The translations under genes were made by a program, and so were the position numbers. DNA of 48,393 nt from Klebsormidium nitens (Eukaryota; Plantae; Klebsormidiophyceae): positions 1 through 48,393 of the forward strand of contig DF236974.1 of the NCBI GenBank assembly GCA_000708835.1. Reading direction: 5' to 3'. The stretch's first letter is position 1. The number at the start of each line of letters is the position of its first letter. The notes beneath the pieces are model-generated. The model had not been told where the DNA came from. It worked only from the letters and a program-made list of their open reading frames with translations, and searched no databases. This document shows positions 46,751-48,393 of this stretch, piece by piece.

Positions 46751-48393
46751 TCGGTGATCTTCCCTTTCATATTACTCCTGAACAATGACTTGGCTGTTGA
46801 AAGTATCGATATGCTCTGGACGAATGGCCTTTCAGACGCCACATGTTCAGCTCACATTTTGTTGAGTAGAGCAGTATGTTGACAGCACAGGAAGTCACTT
46901 ACAAAGGCTGGCTGTTATATTGGGCTCCCCTAGGTGCTCAGAGTCGTTGGTCAAAATGGTTGCCATGATTGTATACACTGTCAAGAGTCGTTGGAAGTGA
47001 GTCCATGAAAAGCTTTTCTCAGATTGGGCCGAAAACATGGGTATACAGAAGATGACTGCCGCTAGTTTGGCCATGACCTGCGCCCACCTTATTTCCGGTT
47101 GCAGGATTATCCACCACAACCTGAGGCCTGGGGGCAGGAGGGAGAGGACCTGACTCTACCACAGCTATTGAAGAAGGGCCCCACACCCGATAAGCGGGAT
47201 TCAAGGGGAGAAACCATTCTGCATGTTCTGATAAGGTGAGCACCCAAAGAATCTCTTCACGTACTCCATAATATAGATTGTTTGCATTAGGTTGTTGGCG
47301 TTCTCGAAAGTGCAATGGCGGCGCGACTCAAGCATGTACTTCATGGATCTTGACGAGATCAGTGGCCAGAGGTTCTCAATGAAGACCTTCGGTGTGGAGT
47401 TGCATATCCAAATGGATGTACACACTCATTGTGGTGACTTTGTATGCTATAAAATGTCTAGCAAACCGAATCTATGGAGACCTTGCTTCCACGCAGGCGG
47501 ACTATCAACGGGAACTATTTCCCCGATGACTCGACCTCAGGGATGATGTACTCCGGCGATATTGAGAGATGGGCAGATCGAGCGAAACACTTTGAGCCCA
47601 CTTTCAAGATGTTGGTGGATGCCGGTTGGACAATGCATGTTTGCGATGCAAAGGGCGTTTCAGTCTTGAAGAGATTGAGAGCTGCAAAAGCTCAAGCCCA
47701 GAGATTAGTAGGTGACTCTAAGGTTAAGGGTATGTCCGCCACGTTTGCAACCATCCCTTCCTTGCGAGCTGGTGGAGGAAAGGTGGTAGAAAAGCTGCTC
47801 AAGGATAGAAATAGCATGTTACAAGCATTTGCGAATGCACCGGTCTATGTGGAAGAGCGGGGACTTGCTTGAGGAACAACGATGTTTGGTTGGATAAGCG
47901 CAAGGGAGGGCCAATAAGCGGCCCCAAGTGGAAAGATTTATGATGTTGTGTAGTAGATAATGCGCATCAAATGTGTGTGCCACATAGAATTGTGGGCTCT
48001 TGAAGCTAGTTTTAAAAGACGATAGTATACTGTAGAGTCGCGCAGGCCATCTGATTGTAACATCCTGTAAATAAGGAATCTTCTCAGCAATGGCTGGTAG
48101 GTGCATTCAATCAGCAATAGAGTCAAGGTATCATAGCTGTGTTGCGAAATCTTTGTGTGTGAATACAAAGCTCTATCTCTACTATATGCAATCACCCACT
48201 GAAAATCGTCGAACGGGCGGCCATCTGGTAGAAAATCCTCGGTGTCCACTTCCGCAGCAGATCTAATGCATCGAGTCAACTCATTGTATCCTGGTCTCAC
48301 TGGAGTGTTGCCCAATTTGGCTCAGCGTGGCTCATGCAGGGTATCTAACATGGCAAGTGACCATCGAGCTTTGTCATGGCATAGAACATCGTT

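Overview
Intron-rich eukaryotic DNA from a green plant lineage. The gene set, GC-rich exons and TTTTAGGG-like motifs suggest a streptophyte alga such as Klebsormidium (inference). Bases 6-19813 form one ~19.8 kb Mutator-like (MULE) DNA transposon, bounded by 20-bp terminal inverted repeats and a probable 9-bp target-site duplication. It carries a minus-strand multi-exon transposase (zinc finger, DDE core, SWIM). Divergently from it lies a decayed plus-strand gene with a ParB/Srx-like domain and a degenerate beta-class DNA-methyltransferase-like fold, followed by an Ulp1-like protease. About 29 copies of a 17-19 bp palindrome, (G)CTACCGAG-N-CTCGGTAG(C), sit only in the element's introns and central intergenic region, partly as regularly spaced arrays. 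The main candidate system is a transposon-encoded ParB-like protein with parS-like cognate sites. The element also holds a ~180-bp satellite and telomere-like tracts. The rest is host DNA: plant-type sulfite oxidase, a CSLA-like glycosyltransferase, a ferredoxin-like/TPR protein, uroporphyrinogen decarboxylase and GatB, whose introns contain duplicated exon fragments. All domain calls come from motif recognition by eye; no searches were run.
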